From Octopus vulgaris (Eukaryota), in contig OX597815.1 in NCBI GenBank assembly GCA_951406725.2, positions 178,436,001 through 178,500,000 of the forward strand: a DNA stretch of 64,000 bases, written 5' to 3'. Positions 13,101 through 24,911 of this stretch are shown here, piece by piece. Every line of letters begins with the position of its first letter. Position 1 is the first letter of the stretch. The translations under genes were made by a program, and so were the position numbers. The notes beneath the pieces are model-generated. The model was not told the DNA's origin and searched no databases. It was given only the letters and a program-made list of their open reading frames with translations.

Positions 13101-14089
13101 GGGTTGAACTGACTCCAGTTCTTTTCATCAGTACCATATATAATAACTTAAATGTGAAATGAAAGCCCATGGATTTAAGCTGGGGAAGGAGGATGAAACT
13201 AAATCTAATAAAGCGTTTGGTTAAATGTACCGTTGTAGGGCACTGCACAAGGGATATGACTGACGAACTGTAGACAGGAATTTCGCTGCGGGCTAGAGGG
13301 CAAGCTGGTCTGCAGCAAAGTGTACTTCCGGTTAGGTGGGCTTTTTGCTACTAAGCAGGAGTTGACAAGCGGCTGTCACACTCGTGTATTTAACTGAATA
13401 AAGCTTTCATTAACACAATCTGGGTCTCCGTAACTTTTTTGTGTATAGGTTGACTAAAGCTAAACCGTCATTTTTTTTCTATGGATTTATATTATGTAAT
13501 CCATATGTAACAGTCTCCTGTTAAAGAGGAGATATTTCCTACACAAAGACTCTCCGAATATTATAACACACACTGTACGTATTCTCAATACACAACATTT
13601 ATTATACAGCCTCGTCTTTTAGGAAACTGTTTAGTACAATTTTAAGAAACCCGTAGCCCTCTTCTTTTTTCTCTCTTTCTCTTTCTCTCTCTCTCACACA
13701 CACTTTTTCTCTTTTACTGCATGCGCAGTAAAACATATGTGATTCCTAGCTTCCCGTTCTTTCACAAGTTATTTATTTGCGAATGATTACTGATACTGTT
13801 TGGACGCACATCTAACACAACTGTTGTTTGAACCGAATAGAGTTTCCCCCATTCACTTATAAATACGGTAAGACTTCATCTTTATTAAGCATATCCCATG
13901 GCAATCCCTTTGCTGCAGTATTTTCTTTTATCAAACTAGATTTTTATAGGAATAGAACTGCTGGTTGTTATACATCACTACTACTGAGTCCAGGCGACGT
14001 GATTTATCCAAGCTTCGATTTATATTTCTATATTTTATTGTAGGCCATTTAAGAATTAATTGGCCAAATCCCAGTCATCCTGTATGGTT

Positions 14090-14518
14090 ACTCTCTTTTT
14101 ACTCTCTCTTTTTACTCTTTTACTTGTTTCAGTCATTTGACTGTGGCCATGCTGGGGCACCGCCTTTAATCGAGCAACTCGAACCCGGGACTTATTCTCT
14201 GTAAGCCCAGTACTTATTCTATCGGTCTCTTTTGCCGAACCGCTAAGTGACGGGGACGTAAACACACCAGCATCTGTTGTCAAGCAATGCTAGGGGGACA
14301 AACACAGACATACAAACACATCATACACTCACATATATATATATATACATATATACGACAGGCTTCTTTCAGTTTCCGTCTACCAAATCCACTCACAAGG
14401 CATTGGTCGGCCCGGGGTATAGCAGAAGACACTTACCCAAGATGCCACGCAGAGGGACTGAACACGGAACCATGTGGTTGGTTAGCAAGCTACTTACCAC
14501 ACAACCACTCCTGTGCCT
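14090..14518 (-). mobile_element. SINE family 2, full length
   Basis: Collinear with 6863-7269 and 45541-45943. Confidence 0.92.
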
Positions 14519-15093
14519 TATAAACTATCACAATTTGTCTTGTAGTTCTTCACGTTAACTACTATACCAACTGCACCACATTGGTCGGTGGCGCTCCAGA
14601 ATCTATTATACTCACCGTTAATTACATCAGCGTCCTTTTCCTCAGACGCAACAAACTCAACGCATGCAACGTATGGCAATATAGTTTCATTTTATCAACA
14701 GGCATGTTCGGAGAAAGGAGCTTCCGAAAACGATGACTTTATATCCTTGTAAATCGATGTACCTTTCCATAAGCAAACTGTCTTAATTATTATCACGAAG
14801 AAAAGAATGAATCGATAGCTAATTTAAAGATTTTCACGCAAGATCAGTAGAATTCGATCAACCTTAGTTTATGGAGGGTGGACGATATTGTCAGCGATAT
14901 ATCTGAATTAAGCAGAAATTCTAAAGGATTCTGCGAAAGACCGGATATTCATAGGCACACGCTCAAATGTTAAAACTTAATGAAACAACGTGAATTGTCT
15001 AGCAACCAGCTTGGAAACCATCAAATGAGGTGATTTCTAATTAAGAATTCCTACAGCTTAACACAAACACATCCTCGCACATATTCATAGACT

Positions 15094-15124
<31 letters not shown>

Positions 15125-15285
15125 AAGCAATGACATACACCCGCGTGTACATGCGCGTGTGCACATATACAAGTGGTGGTATTAAATAGAGGAGAAAAAC
15201 GATAAAGAGAAAGCAGAAATTGTTATTTATGTGTGGGTGTGTGTATGTGTGTTTGTGACAGAGAGACAGACGGAAGGACAGATAG

Positions 15286-15343
<58 letters not shown>

Positions 15344-15836
15344 ACAGACAGAGAAAGCTTTAAAAGTGGAAGTATGTTTTTATGGTTGTGTGTTTTTATA
15401 TGTCCGAACAGTGTTGCATACAGGTAGGTGGATTTTTCTACTGGCACAAACCTGTTCAAGCAGGCCATAAAATATCTATTTTCTAAAATATTCAAAGAAA
15501 AGCTTAAATTTATCTAATAGCAAACAATTAAAGACTTACCTGCAAAAGATAATGAATTTTGTGAAGAGGTGGGCATGCATTTTCTATAAACCAAACTGTT
15601 TTTGTTACTTAAGAATCGTAATAAATGGTTCAATTACAAATAGAAACGAAGATGAAATGTTAAAAGGTTATCCACTCAACATTGCTAGTCCAGATTAAAA
15701 CTCTGAATATCAATTGAATGGAACATAAACTAGATAAACGGAAATCGGGAAGTTGCATTTAATAAGAACTGGCGGCGAACACGCCTATCACTGAGAGTAT
15801 GAATATATGTATATACATGAATATACATGTGTGTCT

Positions 15837-15866
<30 letters not shown>

Positions 15867-15870
<4 letters not shown>

Positions 15871-16050
15871 CGATTTTCTTCCTCCATCTTCCTTTATTTT
15901 GGACTTTCCTCTATTTCCGAAGAAGAGCGTCTGCTCGAAACGTTAAATCCTCTTTCCTCCCTTTCATGAGAGTCTGCTAATACATTACATGTACCACATC
16001 CTCGCGTTGTTGTTTCATGTTTCTTCTTAACTTTTTAGATTTGCTATATA
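15867..16050 (+). mobile_element. About 200-bp hammerhead-bearing repeat (Penelope-type solo pseudo-LTR), copy 1
   Basis: Homologous to 33381-33580 and 48130-48340. Flanked by (TG)n and (TA)n. Confidence 0.75.
15913..15948 (+). ncRNA. Minimal type I hammerhead motif with a U4C core mutation (probably inactive)
   Basis: attt-CCGAAGA-a-gagc-gtct-gctc-GAAA-cg-TT-aaat. Confidence 0.6.
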
Positions 16051-16051
16051 C

Positions 16052-16130
<79 letters not shown>

Positions 16131-16182
16131 GAAAAAACAAGTCAAGATAGAAAATGTTAAAATAATTTTATAAAGAACATTT

Positions 16183-16220
16183 CAGTACCGGTTTCGGTCA
16201 TTTTGAGACCTTTTCAACTG
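16183..16220 (-). ncRNA. Minimal type I hammerhead motif, U3-A8 variant
   Basis: cag-TTGAAAA-ggtc-tcaaaat-gacc-GAAA-ccgg-TA-ctg near the 3' end of the Penelope element. Confidence 0.7.
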
Positions 16221-17031
16221 CAACGATTAAATAATTAAATTTAGAAAAATTAAAAGAAAAGTTTTTTTAAAGGAATATTTGTATAGTGTTCAAATATAAG
16301 TGGCATTTTCCTTGTTTCTGCCTTTCTCTGTCTCTCTTGTTTACACTTGTGGGTTCGAGGTCGTTGTGAATTCTTGGTAGGGAAGAATAAAAGAAGAAGA
16401 AGAAGAAGAAGAAGAAGAAGAAGAAGAAGAAGAAGAAGAAGAAGAAGAAGAAGAAGAAGAAGAAGAAGAAGAAGAAGAAGAAGAAGAAGAAGAAGGATGA
16501 GGAGAAGGGAGGGGAATTTGGAAGTGCCTTGATTGTCGTATTTTGAATGGTCAGTGGCGGCTAGCAGTTGCTGTTCAATTGATGAGAATATTTCTATTGA
16601 AAGGTTTGTTTATAGAATTTGCGTAGGTGTTATACTAAAAAGCATTGGTGATAAAGTTAAGAAGTAGAAGGTGGAGTAGAAGAAGAAGTAGAAGAAGATG
16701 ATGATGATGATGATGATGATGACGATGTTGATGATGATGATGAAGAAGAAGAAGAAGAAGAAGAAGGAGAAGAAGGAGAAGAAGAAGAAGAAGAAGAAGG
16801 AGAAGAAGAAGAAGATGATGATAATGATGATGATGGTGATGATGATGACGATGATGATAATGATGATGATGATGAAGAAGAGGAAGAAGAAGAAAGAGAA
16901 GGGAGAATATGAATGAGTGGAAGTAGTGAGGTGTTGTATGACTTGAAGTTAGCACGTTATGGGTTATAGCTGTGATTGGGGCTGATTTGTAATGGATTCT
17001 TTGGAATGTAATATTTGCGTGTGTATTTGTG

Positions 17032-17460
17032 TTATTCTAAAGCCGAGGTGTATATATTGTTTGGCGTAGACTCGTTCAGAAGTGGCCTGCATTTTGTAAT
17101 AAAGAGAGTTTCTTTACTTATTCGTTGGCTCGAGTTTGTATCGTCCCTGAATTGGTAGAGGGGGAAAATCATGAAGCTTGCTGTTTTGTTGTTTGCGCAA
17201 GTATCTATGTGTTGGCTGAATGCTATTTTTCTGTTTTGGGGAATTTTTATCTGGGATCTGTGCAGGGCCATTCTTTTACGCAAACTATTTTTTGTTTGGC
17301 CTAGGTACTGCTCTTGACACCCAGAGCAGGTTGGTGTGTATATCAGATTCTCCGAAGCACATGTGAAGTTGCTTTTCACTGTAAACCGTTGTCCCTGTTT
17401 GAAGGAGAACTCTGATCCCTCAATTAGATAATCGCATATCCCGCAATTGGGTCTTCCACA
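17032..17460 (-). pseudogene. Penelope-like GIY-YIG endonuclease domain (C-terminal fragment with Cys-rich linker)
   Basis: CGRPNCGICD...FTCASENLIY..TCSGCQEQYLGQTKNSLRKRMALHRSQI...HID..C...KETLFITKCRPLLN shows the GIY/YIG, R, H, E and N motifs. The poly-K prefix in the ORF track is the (TTC)n junction. Confidence 0.92.
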
Positions 17461-17951
17461 TTTTTTCTTCTTCTTCTTCTTCTTCTTCTTCTTCTTCTTC
17501 TTCTTCTTCTTCTTCTTCTTCTTCTTCTTCTTCTTCTTCTTCTTCTGCTCCACCTTCTACTTCTTAACTTTATCACCAATGCTTTTTAGTATAACACCTA
17601 CGCAAATTCTATAAACAAACCTTTCAATAGAAATATTCTCATCAATTGAACAGCAACTGCTAGCCGCCACTGACCATTCAAAATACGACAATCAAGGCAC
17701 TCCCAAATTTTCCCCCCCTTCTCCTCATCATCCTTCTTCTTCTTTATCTTCTTTTTCTTCTTCTTCTTCTTCTTCTTCTTTTTATTCTTCCCTACCAAGA
17801 ATTCGCAACGACCTCGAACCCACAAGTGTAAACAAGAGAGACAGAGAAAGGCAGAAACAAGGAAAATGCCACTTATATTTGAACACTATACAAATATTCC
17901 TTTAAAAAAACTTTTCTTTTAATTTTTCTAAATTTAATTATTTAATCGTTG

Positions 17952-17989
17952 CAGTTGAAAAGGTCTCAAAATGACCGAAACCGGTACTG
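17952..17989 (+). ncRNA. Minimal type I hammerhead motif, U3-A8 variant (inverted copy)
   Basis: Identical to 16183-16220. Predicted cleavage after GUA at 17986. Confidence 0.7.
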
Positions 17990-18069
17990 AAATGTTCTTT
18001 ATAAAATTATTTTAACATTTTCTATCTTGACTTGTTTTTTCATATATATCAACTCGTGTGTTCCTTTTC

Positions 18070-18173
<104 letters not shown>

Positions 18174-18216
18174 TATATACATATATATAATATAAATAAT
18201 AATTTTGTAGACGGAA

Positions 18217-18261
<45 letters not shown>

Positions 18262-18262
<1 letters not shown>

Positions 18263-18385
18263 TCAGTTTCCATCTACCATATCCACTCACAAGGCTTTGG
18301 TCGACCCGAGGCTACTGTAGAAGATACAGTGGGTTTGAACCTGGAACCATGTAGTTGGGAAGCAAGCTTCTTACCACACATCCAC
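18262..18385 (-). mobile_element. SINE family 2, partial 5' half
   Basis: TTCAGTTTCC.TCTACCA.ATCCACTCACAAGGC...TTACCACACA.CCACT. Confidence 0.8.
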
Positions 18386-18599
18386 TTATGTATATATGTG
18401 TATATGTGTATATGTGTGTGAAGCGAAGACAAATATCCATCTTCATAAACAACAAGATAAAATGTGGAAGCCATGTATGAGAGAAAAATATTCATGTACA
18501 AACATTTTGCTCTTAAAAGACAATGAAATAGGTGGGTTGAAGAACGAGAGAAAGATGGAACATACTAACTACCGGCTTATTTCCATGAATTCTTATTCC

Positions 18600-18710
<111 letters not shown>

Positions 18711-19694
18711 TATGTTAAAAATAGTGCTTGCTACAAAAGTGCACTCCTATAAGCTTTTTATAGCAATAATAAACACTTAAAATCTTTAGCTTGTGCAAAT
18801 GTTTTTTATGAAATGCGAGGGCGGAGGAAGGCGAAAGATTTGAGGTAAGATTTATGTAGAGTATATATTATTATGTCTACGTGCATCGTTGTAAAGTAAG
18901 GGAATTCTCTTGCCTCTTTATAGTATGAATATCATAAAAACAACAATTTATTTCGAATTCATACCAGCAATCTTAAACGAAATAATTTCAACATAAATCC
19001 TTTAACAAACAACTCCAAAACGACACAGTATATAGATACAAAGTAAAAACTAACCATCTTTTTATGATATATTTGGTATTTACTTCCGAGAATTGTAAAA
19101 CCTGTTATAATCGACACACCTACACTTTGAAAATAAAATAGAAGTAATCACATAGTCATATATATATTTCGGTCTTGGAAGATAAAAATATAAAGTAAAA
19201 TACAAATAGGAAACATTTTCAAGAAATTAATCGCAAAAAAAGTAATCACAATCCATGCACAAAATGCCACACAAAATGCAATTTCAAAAAGTCTGAATCT
19301 AAATAGAAACTCCAAAACAGCAAACCCCTGAAGACACGAAAATTGTACACTTGTAAATGTTTAAACCAAAAATATAACCAAAACTCACTACATCTTTCTA
19401 TTTTCCTTTTTAAGTATTTTCTCCTATTTCTAAATATTTTCTCCTGCATATAATTTTGAACGTACCCGTTTTTTTGTTTTGGTTTTTTTTTTTTTTTGTT
19501 CTTTGACGTCTCTCAAGCATTTCAATAAGCATTTACCTGACTGCGTGAGCATGAGGGAATCAACAAGTCAGACAATCTTAGATAAATAATGTCGACATTA
19601 CTCAAAATGTATCTGTGAACTAGTACCTTTGTAGCTGTGTGACTGTAAGTCAAAATATTCAGCTCATAAGCATCAAATTTCTTCAACAAAATAT

Positions 19695-20084
19695 AATCTT
19701 TTCTACTCTAGGCACAAGGCCCGAAATTTTGGTGGAGGGGGCCAATCGATTAGATCGCAACTGGTACTTAATTTATCGATCCCCGAAACGATGAAAGGCA
19801 AAGTCGACCTCGGCGGAATATGAATTCAGAACGTAGCGGCAGACGAAATACCTATTTCTTTACTACCCAGAAGGGCTAAACACAGAGAGGACAAACAAGG
19901 ACAGACAAACGGATTAAGTCGATTATATCGACCCCAGTGTGTGACTGGTACTTAATTTATCGACCCTGAAGGGATGAAAGGCAAAGTCGACCCCGGCGGA
20001 ATTTGAACTCAGTACGCTGCGGCGGACGAAATACCATAAAGCATTTCGCCCGGCGTACAAACGTTTCTGCCAGCTCGCCGCCTT
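19695..20084 (-). mobile_element. SINE family 1 dimer: alternative-tail copy joined to a head-less standard-tail unit
   Basis: Junction AAAGAAATA|GGTATTTCGTCT (minus strand) at 19853/19852. Confidence 0.9.
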
Positions 20085-20565
20085 TCCAACAGCATATAAT
20101 CGACAAAAGTTTAATATCAAAAATTTAATTCTGGGAGACCTGAAAACACGCTTAAAATACACACCCCTCATAAATGATAACGCAATAGGAAAAAACTTAC
20201 AGGGGAAAACGCTAACGTGCAAGCAGAATCTAAGATCCCAAAAGTAAATAGAAATATGGCACAACCTGTATATATTTACACCTTAAAATACAACAAAATT
20301 TCCTGAATCACCCGAATCTTTCTACCATTTCTAATATCCCCATAATCTTTCATAAACACGCCTGCAAAATTATGTCCAATAGTAACGCTTTAATTGCTAA
20401 CAATCTCAGCACTGCTTTATGATGTTCGCACTGAAAGTACTGTTAACTTCGAAATGAATAATCAGTGTTCCTTTTCTCTTTAAATGACGAACAACTAAAT
20501 GGAAAACAATTACACATGTTCTATAAATAGCCTTCTGCCTATGCTTCACCACGATAGTTCTTGCC

Positions 20566-20918
20566 TTATTACCTCCGCCATAGCGAAGGTGGAGGTATTG
20601 TTTCAGTCGTGTTTGTTTGTTTATCCGTGGACAAGATATCTCAAGAACCGCTGGTTGGATTCGGATAAAACTTTCAGGAATGTTTGGACTTGTCACTGAT
20701 ATAAACGGATTAGATTTTGGGATCGATCCGGGATATGGATTATATTCTTCCTGTGTTTTTACTTAAATTTTGAGAGCGGTCGGGTTCATTTTTAGTATTC
20801 TCGTTTGTGAGAGCAGTCGAGTCTATTTCAGATATTCTCATTTAAAAAATCATCTCTGGCTAATCGTTGAGAAGACGTTGGTGTTGCCTTGGCGGAGGTT
20901 TGCGCTCCCTGAGTGCTG
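20566..20918 (+). mobile_element. Non-autonomous Helentron-associated (DINE-1/HINE-like) element
   Basis: 5' TTATTACCTCCGCCA with nearby complement GGTGGAGGTA, a (GTTT)n tract, 3' subterminal repeat TGGCGGAGGT and stem-loop GCGCTC-CCT-GAGTGC. Confidence 0.75.
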
Positions 20919-21259
20919 TTGTATCTATTTATTTCTATATACATAAGCAAACATCAAAATTACTGTGACTTTATGAGCTCGTAAATGTATAATAATTTTT
21001 GTTGCAATTAAATGCTAAATTAAACGTGCATCTTTGTACGGGTGAACGTGCGTGTGTGTGTTTTCTGACTACCTTCTTTTTCTTTATATATATATAACTA
21101 AATCAAGGATATAAATCCTTTTAAAGCATCCGAGTTCCCCGGTTATATTCAGTTTATCAGTGAAAAGCAAAGGTGCTAGCTTCGCATTGATAGATCAGAG
21201 TATAGTATTAATTCTTTTTTTTTATGTATGAGAAAAGAAAACGGAGAAACTGACATATA

Positions 21260-22153
21260 CGTGGTCTGATCAATAAGTATCCGCATTGTTTCCATAGTAA
21301 CGAAGCTAAGTCACGCAGAGTACAACTGCTTGGCACAGATTGACCTTGAACTCTGCTGTGCATGCGCATTAAGTTTTAACTTTCTATCTCACTTCTGCTG
21401 TTTACAGCCGTGCTCGGAAGGAAGATGTGTTGCGTGTCATCGTCGCATCGGCCATGACAGAGAAAGTTGAGAAGATAATCTGCATCAAATTTTGCCAAAA
21501 GCTTGGTGATACCTGCTCAGAGGCCTACGCAAAGTTTTCAAAAATGTTTTCTCGTTCTCTACACAGCCAAGGAGATCTTGTGCAACTGAAACCCGAGTGT
21601 ATTTTGGGTCAGCTGAAAGTAGTTTTGGCACAAACTTGGCAGGCACGCGTCTCATACCCAAATCTTCAGTGATAATAATGGACTGAACTGAACCGTAACT
21701 TAACTGCACATCCTCTGATAACTTACTGATGGTGATTCGACGATTTTCCCTCACAGCTGCACGCACATCTGCGATATCTTTCTCTGCTGGTTGCGAGTTA
21801 CCCACAACGTTCGTTAATATCGATATCTTTTCGGCCATCTTGGAAATGTTCGAACTACTCGTACACTTGTGTGGGGCTCATACATTCTTCTCCACACACT
21901 TTCTGCACCTTTGCGTCGGCCTCTGAGCAGGTATCACCATGAAAAACTTTCTCTGTCATGGTCAATGCGACGATCACACGCTACACACCTTCCTTCCAAA
22001 CACTGCTGTAAACAGCAGAAGTGAGCTAGGATGTAAAAACTTTGTGCACATGCACAGCAGAGTTTAAGGTCAATCTGTGCCAAGCGGCTTCACTCTGAAT
22101 GTTTTAGCTTCGTTACTATAGCAACAGTCCGGATACTTATTGATCATATCTCG
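21260..22153. mobile_element. Foldback mariner derivative made of two 5' ends (894 bp) with TA target duplication
   Basis: TIRs CGTGGTCTGATCAATAAGTATCCG / CGGATACTTATTGATCATATCTCG. Both arms continue through the 5' UTR to ATGACAGAGAAAGTT. The minus arm encodes the HTH region up to RVPAKFVPKLLS. Confidence 0.9.
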
Positions 22154-22526
22154 TAGACATCTATGTATGTATGTACATATATCACACATTAAGTTGTTGA
22201 TTTGCAACTAAATTTTGGGGATATTTTTAACGTCGGCCTAAAACCGAAATGTGGATAGAATCTTTAAAAAAAATAATAATTAAATGCTACGAAAATAGTT
22301 TTTGTAAGACATCTACGAGCATCGTATGTCAATAATTATTTTAATGGATTTGGTTTTATGGACAAATGGAAATAAGGTAAAGCGGTATTTAGGCGAAATA
22401 CATGGAGAATTTGTGTTTCTCTTAAATTGACGTAAGTCGTGTAAAAGGAAATGGAAATCTACATACGCACACACACATACGCACACACGCACACGCACGC
22501 ATACACACATACATACACACACGCAC

Positions 22527-22527
<1 letters not shown>

Positions 22528-22608
<81 letters not shown>

Positions 22609-22633
22609 GGATGGATGGATGGATCGATCGATG

Positions 22634-22728
<95 letters not shown>
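22528..22728. repeat. (GATA)n microsatellite
   Basis: Direct inspection. Confidence 0.98.
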
Positions 22729-22817
22729 CATGTTATAATACGGTTCTATATTTAAGAAATGAGGAATTATGTACATTATTTACATTTGACGGATAATTGT
22801 CCTCATCTTGTTTTTTA

Positions 22818-22861
22818 ACACAATGTTTCGACTGATATACCCTCCAGCCTTCATCAGGTGT
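22818..22861 (-). ncRNA. Minimal type I hammerhead ribozyme motif
   Basis: acac-CTGATGA-a-ggctg-gagggtatat-cagtc-GAAA-ca-TT-gtgt. Canonical core, 4-bp stem I, 5-bp stem II. The stem III palindrome appears damaged by a CG>CA change. Confidence 0.78.
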
Positions 22862-23009
22862 CTTGGGGAAATTTCGAACCTGGGTTCGCATTCCTAAGGT
22901 ATTTTTCGATGTTGTTTTTATTATTATTATCATCATCATCATTAGTATTATTTATATTATCATTATTATTACTATTATTATTATTATTATTATCATTATT
23001 ATTATTAAA

Positions 23010-23081
23010 GTCACTGCCTGGAATCGAACTCGGAATCTTGGAGTTAGTAGCCCGCGCCCTTAACCACTACGTCATATGCCC
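23010..23081 (-). promoter_or_regulatory. tRNA-derived internal Pol III promoter (A and B boxes), not an intact tRNA
   Basis: A box TGACGTAGTGG (23074-23064), B box GAGTTCGATTCC (23031-23020), 7-nt anticodon-like loop CTACTAA. The acceptor stem does not pair. Confidence 0.7.
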
Positions 23082-23137
23082 GTGGGTATATCTGTCAAAT
23101 GTTAATAATGTAGATCATGATATATTATAATTGCATC

Positions 23138-23403
<266 letters not shown>

Positions 23404-24339
23404 TCATGTTGTAGTTAAAATCCCATTTTAGTGGCTTATTCGCCGAGTCTAGCTACTTGAATAATCACCAAAGCTTAAACTTGATATCTAACAGGTTTAA
23501 GAAGTCGGACTCCCCTAATTGTATAGATTCTCGCCATAAGTAAATATTTTTTTTAATGTTTTTTTTTATTAACATCACTAAGTATGTAGACGCTTATGTG
23601 CATTTGCAAGTGTTGTATGGTTGACTAATTTGCCGAGCTTTCTAGCCCTCGTTTATCTGCCACATATAACAACCATATGTGGAGGCGTGCATGCGTGTAT
23701 AATTCTGCAACAGTAAATATCCTATCCACGTTTGAAACGAAAGGATAATAGAAAACACATTGGCCTGTTTCGTACTACTTACCAGCGTCTACGCTTGAGA
23801 GCTGTATCAATTACATGTCGATAAATTTGCAGCCACTGCCTTCTTAGATTAGGTACACGTATTAAACCGCTTTAACAAGTCTCTCACCTTCTTCAAAGTG
23901 AAATCGTCAAACACAATCCCGAACATCAAACACAGCAAGGAATTATAATTACTTCCTATTTTTACTGTTAACTCTCCTCGAAGTCGCCTCTCCTACTTAG
24001 CGTGTTTTGAACGCTAACGAAGTCACTCAGCGACAGCCAACTTGATCTATATATATATATCGGAGAGAACATGCATTTTTCTTTCTTGGGGATCTCAAGA
24101 AAGTGTACAAATCATATAGTCAGTGTTTAATTAGACTATATTGTTTACTTGACCATCATCTGGTGAGGGCAAGCAGCCTAGTGGTTAAGACATTCGGTTG
24201 ACGATCAGAAATTGTAGGTTCAATCCTTGATAACTCAAGCAGTGAATTATCTTTGATCAAGATACATCACTTCTCGTTGTTCTGCGACATACAGGTGTAA
24301 AAAACTACCAGTGTTGTGTTGGTGCCCTTTTCATGGTGA

Positions 24340-24911
24340 AAGTACGGCGAACCACCAAAAACGACCTCCAGACCCTCCGAAGAATGCTACACTTCCAGCT
24401 TGACAGGATTAAAAGGATTGTCTTTTAAAGACAGGACCGTCAATTCGGATGTGTATTGAGCCAGCTGGACTAAGTAAACGCAACGACCCACCAGAAACGT
24501 CCAACATTTGCGAATCGTAAGGGCGTTGTCTTTAATCTCGACAATGTCAGACCGAGCACTTCTTTGCAGACGGCAACAAAACTTGCTGGGGCTTGACTAG
24601 GAGGTTTTACCTCTCACCCCATAATCTCCCGTCCTTGCACCATCCGATTTCCGCCCGTTTTGTGCCCTTTAAAATTCACTGAGTGGCCAGACCTTCAACG
24701 TTGAAGAGAATGTAAAAATTCACCTAGAAGTGTTTTTCACCAGTAAAGACAGAAAATTCTTTGAGCAGGGAAAAATGGATTTGCCAAATTGTTGGCTTAA
24801 GATACTGGAATGAAACAGTAATTATGTCACTGGTTGAATAAATCACTTTCTCCTTGAAACATGTGTCTTATTTTCGTTGAAAAACTAAAGGGATTTTCGT
24901 CCAACACAACA
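24340..24911 (+). mobile_element. Degenerate mariner 3' half (catalytic C-terminus and right end)
   Basis: Frameshifted RKGVVF..DN.RP..SLQT, EVL.HP.*SP.LAPSDF, NSLSGQTF...FFTSKDRKFFEQG..DLP..W.KI, followed by AATAAA and a TIR-like end TTTCGTCCAACACAA. Confidence 0.82.

Larger units (their letters stand above)
16128..18042 (-). mobile_element. 5'-truncated Penelope-like element with inverted pseudo-LTR, inserted in (TA)n
   Basis: About 16128-16690 and about 17540-18042 are near-identical inverted repeats. The GIY-YIG C-terminus lies between them, with (TA)n on both flanks. Confidence 0.92.
22735..23112 (-). mobile_element. tRNA-headed, hammerhead-containing short retroelement
   Basis: tRNA-like head 23081-23010, (TAA)n linker, hammerhead 22861-22818, 3' tail, and a short inverted copy of the tail at the 5' junction (23089-23112 vs 22772-22795). 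Confidence 0.75.

Noticed and set aside
13256-13290. CTGACGA-a-ctg-taga-cag-GAAT hammerhead-like string
   Set aside because: GAAT instead of GAAA, and no stem I or stem III. Isolated CTGATGA at 2341 and 52799 were also rejected because no GAAA or stems follow.
14608-14760. Minus-strand donor ACG|GTGAGT with coding-like upstream sequence
   Set aside because: Reading frames close within about 30 codons and no clear acceptor was found.
23010-23081. Functional tRNA gene
   Set aside because: Acceptor and anticodon stems do not pair properly, and it is embedded in a repeat with no oligo-T terminator directly after.
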